Under the pieces are notes generated by a model. The model did not search any database. It had not been told where the DNA came from and saw only the letters and a list, made by a program, of their open reading frames with translations. From positions 37,944,001-38,008,000 of the forward strand of contig OZ024752.1 of NCBI GenBank assembly GCA_964016885.1: a stretch of 64,000 nucleotides of DNA, written 5' to 3'. The position numbers and the translations under genes were made by a program. Shown piece after piece: positions 39,038 through 52,700 of the stretch (position 1 is the stretch's first letter; each line of letters starts with the position of its first letter). The stretch comes from Eledone cirrhosa. Its lineage: Eukaryota.

Positions 39038-39768
39038 CTACCAAAATACCAATAACAAACTGATAGTAAGTTAAAGATGACCATAACAACTTGTTTTACA
39101 GACAAAGGGAAGTGATAAACTGTGACATTATGTAACAAAACAAACACATTCAATACACATGTAGTCTCCTGGCACAGGGAACTCCTTGATTTGACTAAAA
39201 CTATATCACATCATTCATCATCATCATCATTTCATTTTACGTCCGCTTTTTCCCTGCTTGCAAGGGTGGGACAGGAACTGATTCTGGCTTGATTTCTACA
39301 GCTGGATGCCCTTCCTAACACCAACCTCATTTACAGGGAGTGCTGGGTGCTTTTTTGCCGTGGCACCTCCATGACCACTTTGCAGTGGAATGATAGGGAC
39401 CCCAGTCCTATCATCTCATTTCTACAGCTGAGTAAACTGGGGCAATGTGAAATAAAGTGTCTTGCTCAAGGAAACAACACATCACCCGGTCTGAGAATTG
39501 AACTCACAACCTTTCGATTGCAAGGCCAATGCTCTAACCACTAAGCCATGTGCCTCCATACATATAGAAATGGCTTCTACAGGACTAGAACAATTTCATT
39601 CGGGAGAAATCATCAGGAAACTTCCTGATGATTTCTCCTGAAAGAAGCCATTTCTATATTAAATATTTATACTCTGCTATGTATTGAGTAGCTTACTTAC
39701 TGTGGTTACCCCCGATATATATATATATATATATATATTGTATATAGTATATAGATATATTGTATATA

Positions 39769-39804
<36 letters not shown>

Positions 39805-40479
39805 AGTGTGAATGTGTGTGTTAAATGAGTATGGATACGTGCGTGTATTTGTGTGTGTAGGGGATGGATTCGTTCCAACCCAACCCCCTTTAATTTTGGG
39901 GGGGCTTTTTTGTTTTACAGACAAAGGGAAGTGATAAACTGTGACATTATGTAACAACACAAACACATTCAATACACATGTAGTCTCGTGGCACAGGGAA
40001 CTCCTTGATTTGACTAAAACTATATCATATATATTGAGTTATTTGTGCCATTTGAAATAAAATAATGAAATTATTGTGTACAGTGCTCAGGTGCACTACA
40101 ACTCATCAAAGGTGCATGTATAGTACATAGAATAATGTACAAATGTCAGGAAAATGAACAGTGTATGAGTCATGATATAATAATAATAATAATAATAAGT
40201 AAATATCTTTAAGTCGTTTGGAAGCCTCGACAATGCAAATGGGTAAATCTCCGGGTAACAAGGTCCGGTGGTGGAGAGAGAGATGTAAGTGGGTGTACGT
40301 TGAGATGCGTGGTGTGTATAAGATGTGTGAGATGTGTAGAATGGAGGGAAGAGTAAAAGGATAAAAATAAAAATAACAACACAAGAGAGAGTTACCTTGG
40401 GAGAGATTTAATAGTCCCTATATATTTCGGATTCACATCCATCAACTGGGGTTTTTTTCCGGGGTGGGGGAAAAGGTTG

Positions 40480-41505
40480 TCTTTCTTCTCAGCACTTGTG
40501 AGGGCAAGCTCACCTTTATCATTCTAGATACCCTTATCTCCAATGATATCACAATTCTCACTGACACACTGCCTCGCAATCTTGAACACCTCCTGTTTCT
40601 GGTCCTCACGTTGCAAAACATGCTTGAATTTTCTATCTTGCGCTTCCCTTCTAGCTAAGTATACTTGTCGCCTAGCTTCCCTCCTGGTCTCTATGTAATG
40701 TACCCTGCTTCCCCCGTTCTCCATTCTTTCCATGCCTGTCTCTTAGCCTTAACTGCCTCATCTACCTTATTGTTCCACCACCAAGTCACTCTCCTCCTCC
40801 CTGTGGTCTTGCTCCAGCCACAGATCTCGTCCGTCGCCTTTAGTAAGTTATTTTTTAGGAACTCCCATTGCTCTTCTACTTTGAATGTCTCTATCTGTTC
40901 TTCTTTACTGTCATAGGCGTTGAGTAAAATATCTTTAAATCTGTTACTGGCTTTCAGCTTCCAGATCTTTCTTCTCCAGGTTGGCTTCTGTTTCCAGGTT
41001 CGTCTAGTTCTGACAGTGAGATTGCTGACAACTAAGCTATGTTGGGAGGTACATTCCTCACTAGGGAAGGCTTTTATGTTTACGACCATCCATCTGTCAC
41101 GTCCTCTGATGAGGATAACATCTATCTGACTAGAATGCTCCCCTGATCTATAGGTGATCAGATGGTTGTCGGGCTTTTTGAAGTTTGTGTTACATATCGA
41201 CATGTCATTGGCGTCACAGAATTCTAGAAGCCTGAAGCCTTCTTCATTTCTTGTGCCAAATCCGTGGCCTCCATGGACACTATAGAAGCTGTCACGGTGT
41301 TTACCTAGATGTCCGTTAAAATCTCCTGCAATGATTAGGAAGTCACTGTCGTTTGTTAGGGCAGTAGTGTGCATTAGGGACTCGTAAAACCTATCCTTAA
41401 ATTCGTCTGGCAACCCCAATTGGGGTGTGTAAGCTGATATTATTGTGGCAATTGTTTTATTCAGGACTAGTCTGAGTTTAATGATTCTTGTGTTCACCCT
41501 GTTCA
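40480..41505 (-). mobile_element. RTE LINE fragment, AP-endonuclease region
   Basis: IISAYTPQ..IAGDFNGHLG..RNEEGFRLLEFC..SQIDVIL..SQHSLVV; frameshift near 40700. Confidence 0.92.
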
Positions 41506-42489
41506 TATATATATATATATATATTATGTAAGAAACTGTCTGATGAGAACATGGCACTGGATACGTGAAATCGCGTGGCCACTGTTGTCATTGAAATATG
41601 TATCAGAGCCTTATCAATAAAGTATTTTGACATCTGAATCTACTTCGCATTTTCTTATTCTCTCTCTCTCTCTATATATATATATATACAAACACACACA
41701 CACACACAAATATTACAGAAAACAAACAATATTAATTATATAATGTAATCTAAACTATAATAAAGTAAGGAGTGCAGGACTGCGAACGGTTTATAATTTT
41801 TTATCTCATTAGTAAAATAAGTTGGATTACTTTGAATAAATAATGAATGAATATTAGATAATTTATCTACTAAATTTCGTGGCTGTTCATTAAATATATT
41901 TTATTATTTATTTAAAGATTCACTTCTTTAAAATTTTCAAATGTCAACACTTCCGGTGACGCTCGCTTAAATAAACATTAATTTTCTGTCACTAATTTTC
42001 TCCTAATGCAGTTTATATATAATATCGTCTTTTTTTAAACGTATCATGGATGACGTTACTGATTACATAAGACAGTGTAACACAGTCTTCGTTCAATTTC
42101 TGTTTATATTGTCAATTACAATTTTATTTGATGTATCATATCTACATGTATATATACTTGCGTATAATATCAATATACACACTACACATGTATCATATCT
42201 ACATGTATATATACTTGCCTATAATATCAATATACACACTACACATGCCAGCAGAAAAACCACCTGAAGGGTGGTTTTTCTGCTAGTATATATAACAAGG
42301 CACAGAAGTAATCAGAATGTACAGATATTGACAGTATTGAGAGAGGGTCAGACACCATGCTTTGCAACATAGAGTTATGACCCTTTACGTTCTGAGTTCA
42401 AATTCCCGCCGAGGTTAACTTTGCCTTTCATCCTTACGGGATCGATAAAATAAAGTACCAGTAATGCACTGGAGTAATTGCTTTCCTTG

Positions 42490-42870
42490 TGCCAAAAGTA
42501 GAAACAATTATTCTATGTACTCAGAACGAATAGGGTCATAACTCTATGTTGCATAGCATAGAGTTATGGCCCTTTACGTTCTGAGTTCAAAGTCCTGCCA
42601 ATGTTAAAAGTACCAGTGACACACTGGGGTAATTGCTGTCCTCGTGCCAAAAGTAGAAACAATTATTCTATGTACTCAGAACGTATAGGGTCATAACTCT
42701 ATGCTGCAAAGCATAGAGTTATGGCCCTTTACGTTCTGAGTTCAAAGTCCTGCCAATGTTAAAAGTACCAGTAACACACTGGGGTAATTCCTGTCCTCGT
42801 GCCAAAAGTAGAAACAATTATTCTATGTACTCAGAACGTATAGGGTCATAACTCTATGCTGCAAAGCATT
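42490..42870. repeat. Tandem repeats (~160 bp) of fold-back SINE fragments
   Basis: Repeated ctcagaacg..gggtcataactctatg..gcatagagttatggccctttacgttctgag. Confidence 0.75.
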
Positions 42871-43049
42871 AAATATGGAAAGAAAAAAAAAGAAAGGTAG
42901 AAAGAGAGGGAAATATTCAAGATTTGAAGCTGAACTGTTTACTGGAAAACTTGATTCTAATTACTGAGGAAAGTTAATTAGAAAGCATGAAGCTCTTACA
43001 GTTCACAGAAATTGAAAAAAAAAACTAATTATATATATGTAGGTATATA

Positions 43050-43388
43050 TGTGAGAGAGGGAGAGAAAGAAGAGAAAGAAGTGATGGGGATAAGAGAAAG
43101 GAGTAGAGAAAGAGGGAGAGTATGTTACTGAGAGAAAGAGAAAGAGACTAAGAGAAAAAGACAAAGAAAGAAAGAGATGGGGGGAGGGGTGATGAAAAGA
43201 GTGAGTGAGTAGAGAGAAAGAGAGAAAGACAGAGAGAGAGGCAGAGGAGAAAGGAGGGGAGAGAAAAAAAGGAGTGATGGAGAAAAGAGGGAGTAGGGAG
43301 AAAGAGAGAGAGTGGGTAGAGAGAAAGAGAGAGAGAGTGAGTAGAGAGAAAGAGAGAGAGTGAGTAGAGAGAAAGAGAGAGAGTGAGT

Positions 43389-43431
<43 letters not shown>

Positions 43432-43745
43432 GTAGAGAGAAAGAAAGAGAGAGAGAGTGAGAAGAGAGAGAGAGAGTGAGTAGAGAGAAAGAGAGAGAGA
43501 GTAGAGAGAAAGAGAGAGTAGAGAGAAAGAGTGAGTAGAGAGAAAGAAAGAGAGGGAGAGAGTAGAGAGAGAGAGAGAGAGAGAGAATAGAGAGAAAGAG
43601 AGAGAGAGTGAGTAGAGAGAGAGAGTGAGTAGAGAGAAAGAAAGAGAGAGAGAGAGAGAGTGAGTAGAGAGAAAGAGAGAGAAGGGCAGAGAGAAAAGGG
43701 CAGAGCGAGAGACAGAGAGAGAAAGGCAGACAGAGAGGGGGGGAG
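43050..43745. repeat. GA-rich microsatellite
   Basis: Direct inspection. Confidence 0.92.
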
Positions 43746-44467
43746 GGGCTACATGTTGTTAATTGATTGCATCAAGTGCTATCGGTTGAAGCTATAAAGA
43801 GAGACTAGAGTTTCAAACAGAGAAACAAATAGAAAAGAAAGCAGTTGGTGATATAGAAGATAGGATGTTATAATTATTAGCCTCAGGTGAGAATATCTCT
43901 CATATGTAAATGTATAAAGCCATGCTAGCGTGGAAGATAGACGTTAAACAATGATGATGATGATGATGATGCTGTTTATGTGGCTGAGAATATTTTTCAG
44001 CTACACTTTTGCACTTAATGAGTTGAATAGTTCTGCAATGATGTGTGGATATCTAAATATCATCATCATCATTTTACGTCCGCTTTTCCCTGCTTGCAAG
44101 GGTAGGACAGGAACTGATTCTGGCTTGATTTCTACAGCTGGATGCCCTTCCTAACACCAACCTCATTTACAGTGAGTGCTGGGTGCTTTTTTGCCATGGC
44201 GCCTACACATCCACTTTACAGTGTGGGCTGGGTGTTTTTTTGCCGTGGCTCCTCCACGACCACTTTGCAGTGGAATGATAAGGACCCCAGTCCTATCATC
44301 TCATTTCTACAGCTGAGTAAACTGGAGCAATGTGAAATAAAGTGTCTTGTTCAAGGAAACAACACATCACCCGGTTTGAGAATTGAACTCACAACCTTTC
44401 GATTGCAAGGCCAATGCTCTAACCACTAAGCCATGTGCCTGCAACGCAGAAGTAAATATATATATAT

Positions 44468-44985
44468 ATATATTTATTAAAATAACAAATTAAAGTTTAA
44501 GCAACGAATCGTGCTTTCACCCTTAACGGGATCTTCTGAAACTAAAAAAAATCAATCTTTGAACGCAGAAGTAAATATTTCGAAAAACATTGCAACCGAA
44601 GGAAAACAGGAAGACGATACTTTGGTTTGTGAAGACGTTGCCTAATTTATTTACATTTTTCTTAACTCTGAAGCCGAGAGTCATTCGGTTTCCGAAATAG
44701 AATATTAGTCTAATGACTTCTTTTATACCATAAACGTGGTTTTGTCTTTGTGTGTAATTGTTCTCATCACTCCACATAACATATTATCTTCGCTTTTTTC
44801 CGTTCATTGCCAGGGAACGTCTTCACGAACCAAAGTATCGTCTTCCTGTTTTCCTTCGGCTGCAACGTTTTTCGAAATATTTACTTCTTCGTTCACAGAT
44901 TGATTTTTTTTAGTTTCAGAAGATCCCGTTAAGGGTGAAAGCAGCGATTCTTTGCATAAACTTTAATCTGTTATTTTAATAAATA
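44468..44985. mobile_element. Fold-back/MITE-like element with ~170 bp inverted arms
   Basis: 44470-44640 is the reverse complement of 44816-44985. Confidence 0.7.
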
Positions 44986-45290
44986 TTTGCTCTAAGGTTC
45001 TCATATATTTGATATACATTTATCCTTATCGAGTCCTCTTTGGATTTTAGTCTTCATATTTATTATTATTACTATATATATATAAATATAATATTAATAA
45101 TAATTGTTTCTACTTTAGGCACAAGGCCAGCAATCACCCAGTGCATTACTGGTACTTTATTTTATCGACCCCGTAAGGATGAAAGGCAAAGTCAACCTCG
45201 GCGGGATTTGAACTCAGAATGTAAAGGGACGTAACTATGCTAGAAAGCATGGCGTCCAACCCTCTACCGATACTGCCAATTCACCGCCCT

Positions 45291-45333
<43 letters not shown>

Positions 45334-45534
45334 GTGAAGACTAAAATCCGAAGAGGGCTCGATAAGGATAATATATATATCGAAATATATAAAACCATAG
45401 AGCAAATATTTATTAAGTTTCAGAAGATCCCGTTAAGGGTGAAAGCAACAATTCTTTGCTTAAACTTTAATCTGTTATTTTTATAATTATATATATATAG
45501 TTCTGCAATTAATTATATATATATATATACAGAG

Positions 45535-46790
45535 AGAGAGAGAAATTCCAAACATGGAAGAAATGGCCTAGAATCAAAAGGCCTCAAAATTAACCTGTCT
45601 AAGACTAAAGTTCTAGTTTGTAGGAAGGAAAATAGGGCACCGGTCCCATCCGGGAAATGGCCATGCTCAGTGTGTAGGAAAGGAGTAGGTAGAAACTCCA
45701 TTTTATGTCCCAAATGCAAAGTTTGGGTGCATAAAAGATGTAGTGGGATCACAGGTAAGCTAACTAAGAACATAGATTTTATATGTGGCCGGTGCTCACA
45801 GAATACTACTAGCTCATTCCATTGCACAGATGGTTCTATAGAAATAGTGGACACCTTCCGTTACTTTGGTGACAAAATCAGCAGTGGTGGAGGGTGCTCT
45901 GAAAGTACAGTAGCTAGAGTCAGAACTGGATGGAAAAAGTTCAGAGAGCTTATACCACTATTAGCCGCTAAAGGGTTCTCTCTAAAAATGAAAGGCAGGC
46001 TGTATGATGCCTGCATACAAACAGCAATGTTACATGGCAGTGAGACCTGGGCATTGTGTGCAGAGGATATATGCAGACTGGAGAGGAACGAAGCTTGCAT
46101 GGTCCGCTGGATGTGTAATAGTAATATACGTGAACGGCAAAGCATAAACGAACTAAGGGAAAAATTAGAAATAAGAGGGATCAGATGTTGTTTACTCGAG
46201 AGAAGACTACGTTGATATGGTCACGTGATGCGCCTGAAAGACGACAGCTGTATAAAAAAGTGCAGGGCAATAAAAATAGACGGTAGCCACGGAGTAGGCA
46301 GACCCAGAAAAACCTGGGACGACTTGATAAATTCTGACCTCACACACTTACACCTCTCCAAGACAATGTCACTGGACCGAGATCTTTGGCGCTACACAGT
46401 AATACAGAAGTCCCGCCTTACCTAAGTACAAAGTGAAACCTACTACAGTCAGTAGGCACCTCTAACAAAAATACCCCCCCCCCCCGTCCCACTACCCCCA
46501 CCACCCCTTTCAATGTAAAGCTATGTTGGTACCACAACATCCAGTCCGAAACAAATGAGGTCGTGTAGGTGTCACGACAAAAAAAAACACAGTCCACGCT
46601 GTAATGTGGCCGTGTAGGTAACACGGTAAAAACCTCCCAGTTCCACACTGTAAACGTGGTTGGTGTTAGGAAGGGCATCCAGCCGTAGAAAACCCACCAG
46701 ACAGTCCTATGCGAGCAAGACAACCACTCTTGCCTCAAGTGGGACAATTCCCATCCAGACCCATGCTAGCGTGGAAAATGGACGTTAAAC

Positions 46791-46820
<30 letters not shown>
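45535..46820 (+). mobile_element. RTE LINE 3' fragment with PHD-like finger region and 3' UTR
   Basis: CRKGVGRNSILCPKCKVWVHKRCSG..GSETWAL; premature stop at 46213. Confidence 0.9.
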
Positions 46821-46823
<3 letters not shown>

Positions 46824-47138
46824 ATACATATATAGGTCAATTGACAAGATGCCAGACCTCATTTGCTTAATGAGTCGGATGGAGCTCATTAAATCGGACT
46901 GAGGAAACAATGTTTCCATTAATCTTTCCAATTGCTAAAACTACCGGTTGCAATGTGAAATAAAGTGTAACTGACAACCTCACAATTGTGAATCCAATTC
47001 TCTAACCACTTAGCCTCATGCCTTCGCTCGCTCGTGCGTGCATGCGTGCGTGCGTGTGTATACCCACACATATCTTTGGCAGTATCGATAGAGGGTTGGA
47101 CACCATGCTTTCTAGCATAGTTACGTCCCTTTACAGTC

Positions 47139-47169
<31 letters not shown>

Positions 47170-47382
47170 ATTAATTGCAGAACTCTATATATATATAATT
47201 ATAAAAATAACAGATTAAAGTTTAAGCAAAGAATTGCTGCTTTCACCCTTAACGGGATCTTCTGAAACTTAATAAATATTTGCTCTATGGTTTTATATAT
47301 TTCGATATATATATTATCCTTATCGAGCCCTCTTCGGATTTTAGTCTTCACATTTATTATTATTATTATTATTATTATTATA

Positions 47383-47572
47383 AGGGCGGTGAATTGGCAG
47401 TATCGGTAGAGGGTTGGACGCCATGCTTTCTAGCATAGTTACGTCCCTTTACAGTCTGAGTTCAAATCCCGCCGAGGTTAACTTTGCCTTTCATCCTTAC
47501 GGGGTCGATAAAATAAAGTACCAGTAATGTACTGGGTATTTGTTGGCCTTGTGCCTAAAGTAGAAACAATTA
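47383..47572 (+). mobile_element. Second SINE family, more than 12 copies in both orientations (e.g. 20752-20915, 30370-30558, 38155-38500, 45098-45290, 50617-50800, 51600-51782, 53585-53768, 55390-55575)
   Basis: tggcagtatcggtagag..gagttcaaatcccgccgagg..ggggtcgataaaataaagtaccag..tagaaacaatta. Confidence 0.85.
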
Positions 47573-48669
47573 TATATATATAGAAATAGTATCCTTTTAC
47601 TATGAATATCTTAATATCTTGCTGGTCTTCGATGGTACTGGCAAACATCCTCTCTTTCTCTCTCCTCCAACCACCACCAGCTATATCAACAGTTAAACTA
47701 ATATATTTCTTCATTGTACTGTATTGTTTGCTTTGCTATTTCTGTTTACTTTTCACTTACACACACACAAACACATATATATATAATTATTAATGGAGGC
47801 ACATGGCTTAGTGGTTAGAGCATTGGCCTTGCAATCGAAAGGTTGTGAGTTCAATTCTCAGACCGGGTGATGTGTTGTTTCCTTGAGCAAGACACTTTAT
47901 TTCACATTGCTCCAGTTTACTCAGCTGTAGAAATGAGATGATAGGACTGGGGTCCCTATCATTCCACTGTAAAGTGGTCATGGAGGTGCCACGGCAAAAA
48001 AGCACCCAGCACTCACTGTAAATGAGGTTGGTGTTAGGAAGGGCATCCAGCTGTAGAAACCAAGCCAGAATCAGTTCCCGTCCCACCCTTGCAAGCAAGG
48101 AAAAGCGGACGTAAAATGATGATGATGAAATGACTTCTACAGGACTAGAACTATTTCATTCCTATGAAATCAACTACATTGTTTCTTGCCATGTTAAAAA
48201 ATAAACCACATTTGGTCATTCCATGAGAGGATCGATGTACAACGAAGGATATATATTAGTTTCCTGCTTAATATAATAGGAAAAGTCATATATTATGAAC
48301 AATATACTATCAACTGACCTCATTCAAATCTAGAGAGAAAAATAGCATTTTAAATAAATATATTGATTTCTAGCATATATATATATATGTTAGAAATCAA
48401 TATATTTATTTAAAATGCTATTTTTAATAAATATATTGAAGGATAAGTATTTACTCTTAATTTTATTCTGAGTTAAGATTCTATTGGTTTTTTTTCCTGG
48501 ATTACACAAAATCTGTGGATAAAATCTTTGTCTTGACTTTTTTTGAACTGGGATTGAATTATTTTTTTTCCATATCTTACGTTAAATATTTTCCATCTTG
48601 ACGTAATAGTCACTTATATGTATGAATTACTGTTGGCTTCTTGCTCACATTAATTTTTCTATTTTCATT

Positions 48670-49160
48670 TCATCATCATCATCATCATCATCATCATTTT
48701 ACGTCCGCTTTTCCCTGCTTGCAAGGGTGGGACGGGTCTTATTCAGCACAGCATCTCTCCACTCGTCACGGTCCCTCGTCATCTCCACCGTGAGCTTCAA
48801 TGATCTGAGGTCTGTTCTCACCACCTCCGCCCATGTTTTTCGTGGTCTACCTCTACCACGTCTTCCGTCAACTGGCATTTCCTGGCACTTCTTCACCCAT
48901 CGGTCATCCTCCATGCGCATCACATGTCCATACCACCTCAGTCTCCTCTCCCGTACACTACATTCTATCCCTCTCAGACATAGTTTCTCTCTCAACACAT
49001 TTATGCTGGGTCGTTCACGCACATTTACACTGCACATCCAACGGAGCATGCTTGCCTCATTTCTCTCCAGCCGTCGCATATCCTCTGCGGTTGCTGCCCA
49101 TGTCTCACTACCATGCAGCATCGCGCTCCTCACACAGGCATCATACAACCGGCCTTTCAT
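48670..49160 (-). mobile_element. RTE LINE 3' fragment, intact frame
   Basis: MKGRLYDACVRSAMLHGSETW..RLRWYGHVMRM..GRGRPRKTW; (tga)n tail. Confidence 0.92.
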
Positions 49161-49370
49161 CTATATATATATAGATGATTATTTCTGAAGACAGCATATA
49201 TATGTGAAGGTATGTATATTCTCCTTGATAGTTTGTATAATTTTGTACATAGATCTTTTGAATATGCATACCAATTCTAACACATATATGTCCTAGAAAC
49301 GATCGTAAAATAATGAACTTTTTTTGTTTAATATAAGGAACTGTTTCTTTGTTTATTCATTATTTTTTAA

Positions 49371-49412
<42 letters not shown>

Positions 49413-49670
49413 TATAAGTATTAATAAAATAGATGTTCTTTTGATCAATTACATTTTATTATACATATGTCGGATGTACAACAGTACGTCCTCATCAGAC
49501 AAAATATAATGATACATGACATACCCTGAGATGTTAAATGGTTAAGATTTAATCAAGGTAGTATTAATATTAATAACTCCTGAAAAGTATTTTTTTCCGT
49601 TGAGTGCTTCCAATCTACTGTAAAACTCATTCTTTGACATAATCATTGAATATTGTTTAACAACTTAATA

Positions 49671-49710
<40 letters not shown>

Positions 49711-52700
49711 GTATGGTTGCTAGGATGTGTCCATAGGTGGTATGTCGGTTGAGCACTCTGTATATATATCAAATATTTTCTTTCTCATGAATATAGGAAA
49801 GATGATGTATGTATAAAAATATATATAAAGAGGTAATTGTTGGGTCACAGAAATAATACATATCCTGAATAATTTCACATTTCCTGAATAATTTCCCATA
49901 CCTAAACATGTGACATACTTTGTCTGGATATTATATTTGGTCAGCATTTGTAGGAAATTCATTCATTTTGTCTTTTACGATTTTTTTTATTTTTCAATAG
50001 GCAATGTAAAAACTGTAATACAGATCTATTGTTTTAGATGCAGTTGACTTACAAATGTCTATATTTGAAAGTTTAACCCCTTAGCATTCACATTACTCTA
50101 TATTTACTATTGTATTTTAACTGTAAAAGCTTTATTTCACATACTTATCTCACATAATATCAAATGTACAAGATTTTGATATTATTTAGTTTGAGAACAA
50201 TACTTTAACGTCATGGCCAGTTACAACCAGTTTGAACAGAAAAAGGAGAGCGAATTCTGGCCAGATATGGCCGGTTTAAATGCTAAAGGGTTAAGAATAC
50301 AGTTTAACCTTATGTTTCAAGATTGCTAAATTATTTTAAACATCATAATTATTATTACCAGCAGAAAAACCACCTTTCGGATGGTTTTCTGCTAGCATGT
50401 GTAGTGTGTATATTGATATTATACACAAATATATATGCATGTAAATAAAATCGTAATTGACAATATACACAGAAATTGAATGAAGTCTGTGTTACACTGT
50501 CTTCTGTAATCAGTAACGTAATCCATGATATATTAAAAAAAAGACGCTATTATATATAAACTGCATTAGGGGAAAATTAGCGACGGAAATATATGCAATT
50601 ATAAGTGTTAGAATATAATTGTTTCTACGTTAGACACAAGGCCAGCAATTACCCAATGCATTACTGGTACTTTATTTTATCGACCCCGTAAGGATGAAAG
50701 GCAAAGTCAACCTTGGCGGGATTTGAACTCAGATCGTAAAGGGACGTAACTATGCTGGAAAGCATGGCGTCCGACCCTCTACCGATACTGCCAATCCACG
50801 TTAGAATATAATGGCTGCTAACCGGAAGTGTTGACATTTGACAATTTTAAAGAAGTGAATCTTTAAATCATCATTTCATTTTACGTCCGCTTTTTCCCTG
50901 CTTGCAAGGGTGGGACGGAAACTGATGCTGGCTTGATTTCTACAGCTGGATGCACTTCCTAACACCAACCTCATTTACAGTGAGTGCTGGGTGCTTTTTT
51001 GCCGTGGCACCTCCACGACCACTTTACAGTGGAATGATATGGACCACAGTCCCTATCATCTCATTTCTACAGCTGGGTAAACTGGAGCAATGTGAAATAA
51101 AGTGTCTGTCTTGCTCAAGGAAACAACACATCACCCGGTCTGAGAATTGAACTCACAACCTTTCAATTGCAAGGCCAATACTCTAACCACTAAGCCATAA
51201 GCTATAAAATATATTTAATCAACAGCCACGAAATTTAGTAGATAAATTATGTAATATTCATTCATTATTTATTCAAAGTAATCCAACTTATTTTACAAAC
51301 GGGGTAAAAAAATATATTCTGGATGCAGTCCCGCACTCCTTTCTTTCTTATAGTTAAGATTGGCAGTATTGGTAGAACATCAACCACCATGCTTTGCAGC
51401 ATAGAGTTACGGCTCTTTATAGTCTGAGTTCAAATCCTGCCAAGGTTAGCTTTGCCTTTCATTCTTACGGGGATCTATAAAATAAAACTCTAGTAACATA
51501 CTGGGGTCGATTTAATCGACTTTCCCCTCTACCTAAATTACTGGCCTTGTACCTAGAGTCAAAATCATTCTTCTTATTATTATTATTATTGACGATGGTT
51601 TGGCAGTATCAGTAGAGCATCAGACACCATGCTTTGCAGCATAGAGTTACGGCCCTTCACGGTCTGAGTTCAAATCCTGCCGAGGTTAGCTTTGCCTTTC
51701 ATCCTTACGGGGTCAATAAAATAAAGCACCAGTAATGTATTGGGGTAATTGCTGGCCTTGTGCCAAAAGTAGAAACAATTATTATATATTTTATCAGCAC
51801 TGTTTAATGTCCATTTTCCCTTGCTAGCATGGGTTAAACGAGTTGTCCCATTGTGAGACAAGTCAGATCAGATGACCATGTCTTGCTCGTACACATTTAC
51901 AATATGGAGACTGGGTGCTTTATATTGTAGCATTAAAACAACCATTTTACAGTGTGGACTCAGAGCTGTAAAGTGGTTTGTTGTCGTGTTGGTGACACTG
52001 CAAAAAGCGTCCAGTCCACCCTGTAAAGTGATTGTGTTGCTGACACAACCTCCCCCTCCAGTTCACACTGTAAGGTGGTTGTGTTGGTGACACAATAAAA
52101 AGCACCCAGTCCACACTGTAAATATGTTTGGTGTTAGAAAGGGCATCCAGCTGTAGAAATCAAGCCAGAAACAGCTATATGAAATTTGAAGTCCTAACTT
52201 TCTATGATTTAGTATTAAAGAATAAAAACTAAAATATATTTTCAAAAAAAAAAAGGCCCCCAATGGAGTATGGCACTAAGCTATAGCTTATTTAGCTTAG
52301 AGGTTGGTTCAGCACTGATGGCAGAACAGTATAATAAATAAAAATTTAGATTTAGTGAGAAAGGAAATATCTCTGGTGGTGGTGGTGGAGGTGGTGTGTG
52401 TGTATGTGAGAGGTAGCAGAGTGATGTGGTGATGGTGTGTATATGTGTATAAATGGAAGCAGAATGATCTGGTGGTGGTTGTGGTGGTGGTGTGTGTATG
52501 TGAGGGGTAGCAGAGTGATGTGGTGGTTGTGTGTGTATGTGAGGGGTAGCAGAATGATGTGGTGGTGGTAGTGGTGGGAGTGGAAGCAGAGTAATGTGGT
52601 TGTGGTGGTGGTGGTGGTGGTGATGTGTGTATGTGTGAATAACCCCCAACCGAAGGTACGTAACCCTAAGCTATAGCTTATAAGTAAGTCCAGCACTGGG

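Noticed and set aside
39091-40027. ~118 bp direct repeats (39091-39208, 39911-40027) as LTRs
   Set aside because: No LTR-element internal features; more likely a local duplication with later SINE insertion
49525-49579. Exon-like segment (ttttcag..gtatgt) on minus strand
   Set aside because: Stops in all three frames; at most non-coding or a poison exon
52281-52696. His/Pro-rich ORFs
   Set aside because: GT/GGT-rich low-complexity repeat, no splice or homology support
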